A stretch of DNA of 64,000 bases from Microthyrium microscopicum (lineage: Eukaryota). A program made the translations under genes and the position numbers. Position 1 is the stretch's first letter. Each line of letters begins with the position of its first letter. The stretch is from assembly GCA_010405405.1 (NCBI GenBank), contig MU004240.1, positions 1,208,882 to 1,272,881 on the forward strand, written 5' to 3'. Below, in pieces: positions 62,094 to 64,000 of this stretch. A model generated the notes under the pieces. The model was not told where the DNA came from, did no database searches, and worked only from the letters and a program-made list of their open reading frames with translations.

Positions 62094-64000
62094 CGGGAGT
62101 CCTATGACCTGTTGAAGCTTGTGTTAACGATGGTCTCGAGTACAGAGGAGCAGCAAGATTTTGATGGTGTGGGTGGGATGACAGTTTTGGGTTATTGGGA
62201 GACTCAAGCAGCGGAAGTGATGAGTTGAACAGACGAGTCTAAGACTTCCCAGAAGCTTGACGTCGAACTACAAGAAGAAACTTGGTGGGAACAATATGTC
62301 TGTGGGAGAGTGCGAAGTGGGTTGTGGGGAGTTGATGGTGATGGGAGGAAAGATCAACAGCCTTGCTGAGATTCCAAACAAATGTTGCCTTGGTTGACCA
62401 AACAACAGAGAAGAGCTTGGAAGAGGCAATGGGTGTGGTTAAACCGTGTAGAAGTACGTGTAGGAGGTGTTTGAGTGGGGTAAGGTCATTAAAGCCATTC
62501 GAGAGGATTTCGAGGTGGTTTGGATATCGCGATAAACTTACCACACTATTTGGACCGGGTTCCACAATGGATCTCTGACCCTTTGAGGCCAGGCTTTTGG
62601 TATCGATGACAAGGCTCTTATGAACCTGGATAGTAACGGATTGTCGAGTAGGGGTGTTTGAGAAGAAGTTCAAGAGGATCTAGAGAGACTGATAGCGAGT
62701 GCTCAGCAGACAAACGAACTGGTGGTAATGTGATGGGGGAAAGGTTCGAGAGTAGGCTGTAGGAGGGCGGCCTTTTATGAGGACAAAAAAATATGCCCCT
62801 TCCGAAGCTGGACAGGCCGTGCGCTTACAGGATACAAGAAAGTCACCGCGCTCAATGGCCATTGGATTGTGATCAGAGGCGCTGAAGGTGATCAAGATCA
62901 AATAGGCCAGGGTGATGGCTGTTTGAAGGAGGAGCACGATGATGTGTGGGTCTAGGTGAACAGGTCTGGAAGAGCAGCTGGGGAGAAGCGGATTGGGTAT
63001 AACAACTATGCATCGTGAATTCCTAATAAGGGATGTGGCGAAAGAGCTGAAGATTTCTTATGCTCCCGCGTCTTTGAAGATTGGGAGCGATATTGGGAGA
63101 GATATTGAACGGGAGCAATGCTTCTCTCAAGTCTGACATCCTTCCAGATCTTACCAAACCTCTGATCAGGGTTTATTTTACGGATTGCTGAGCGTATGAG
63201 TCTAGACGAGTTATAAAACTGGTAATGCTATATTCTACGTCGAGAACGAACTACGATAATACTTTTATGTTCAATGGGAGTAGTAGAGATATGAAGGCCA
63301 ATGAAGAGACGTTAGTTTTAGCGCAGATATGCTTGGCCAAATGAGGAAGGAAGCTTGGGTGCTAACATATGGGCATAGGTGGTAGGTAGCACGGCACACG
63401 TGGGTATACAGGGAAGGAGCATTTTGACTGGCGCTACTTCACAATTAGATATAGAAACAGCAATGCTTGACAATGGGTATGACTCCTCATTGTGAGCTCT
63501 TTGTGGCCTCATTGAATACTCATTGTAAATCAAATCGGCCCATAAGTTATGGTACTTTTTGAGGTCGACTCCATATCTGCTGATACCAAGGTCCGAGTTA
63601 CATACCAGGTTCCGTCGAATACGATTATCCGCTAAATAAAAAGTTAATTTATTGCTTAGTTACATGTTTGCTGCAGATCGTAAGACGTTGTGATTGATAA
63701 GCAGAAGGTGATAGGTTTTCTGGGCCGTGACATTGGGCTTTGGACTCTCGATATGCATATATTGGATCATCCTGCCAGTATAACGCTGAGAATTCCCGCA
63801 AGCTCCATTCATACGTCGGATTGCCAGCTCCTCTAGACCGATAGTGCATCGTTCATGCTCATACTTGATCAGAAATGCTACCATATATGCCTGACAGTGA
63901 CGCAGAATTACCAATCGTATGTGTCTTCCTCTACATAAGTGTCGACCTTTCGTTTTGCGTTAGCATATGAACATGAGAGGAGATTGAGAAAAAACAGGAA

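Noticed and set aside
62100..64000. ORFs of 66-144 aa at the right end of the window
   Set aside because: No motifs or codon-like composition; probably the leader and promoter of the SAP gene plus intergenic DNA.

Overview
Gene-dense eukaryotic DNA from a filamentous ascomycete (Pezizomycotina). This is inferred from short GT-AG introns with CTAAC/CTGAC branch sites, a Zn2Cys6 factor and fungal housekeeping genes. About 25 protein-coding genes, most with introns, were reconstructed by hand. They include a DHA1 MFS transporter, ORC4, a LaeA-like methyltransferase, a CE16/SGNH esterase, GLO3, cystathionine beta-lyase, a BrlA-like C2H2 factor, SSH4, TAF13, complex I PSST, a TRAPPC2L-like protein, an amino acid permease, a GaaX/GaaR-like repressor-activator pair, an MDR reductase, a DOT5-like peroxiredoxin, an ABC1 kinase and a SAP protein. 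The most striking feature is a tRNA-Thr(AGT) gene (51520-51657) with two introns of different classes: a normal 15-nt tRNA intron at 37/38, and a 50-nt intron between positions 26 and 27 with spliceosomal signals (GTAAG donor, GACTAAC branch site, TAG acceptor). The window also holds a dispersed family of 70-100 bp hairpin elements (about 10 copies, three inside introns of two unrelated genes) and a perfect-TIR, TA-flanked 147-bp MITE. All gene models and family assignments come from reading the sequence by eye; no database search was run.
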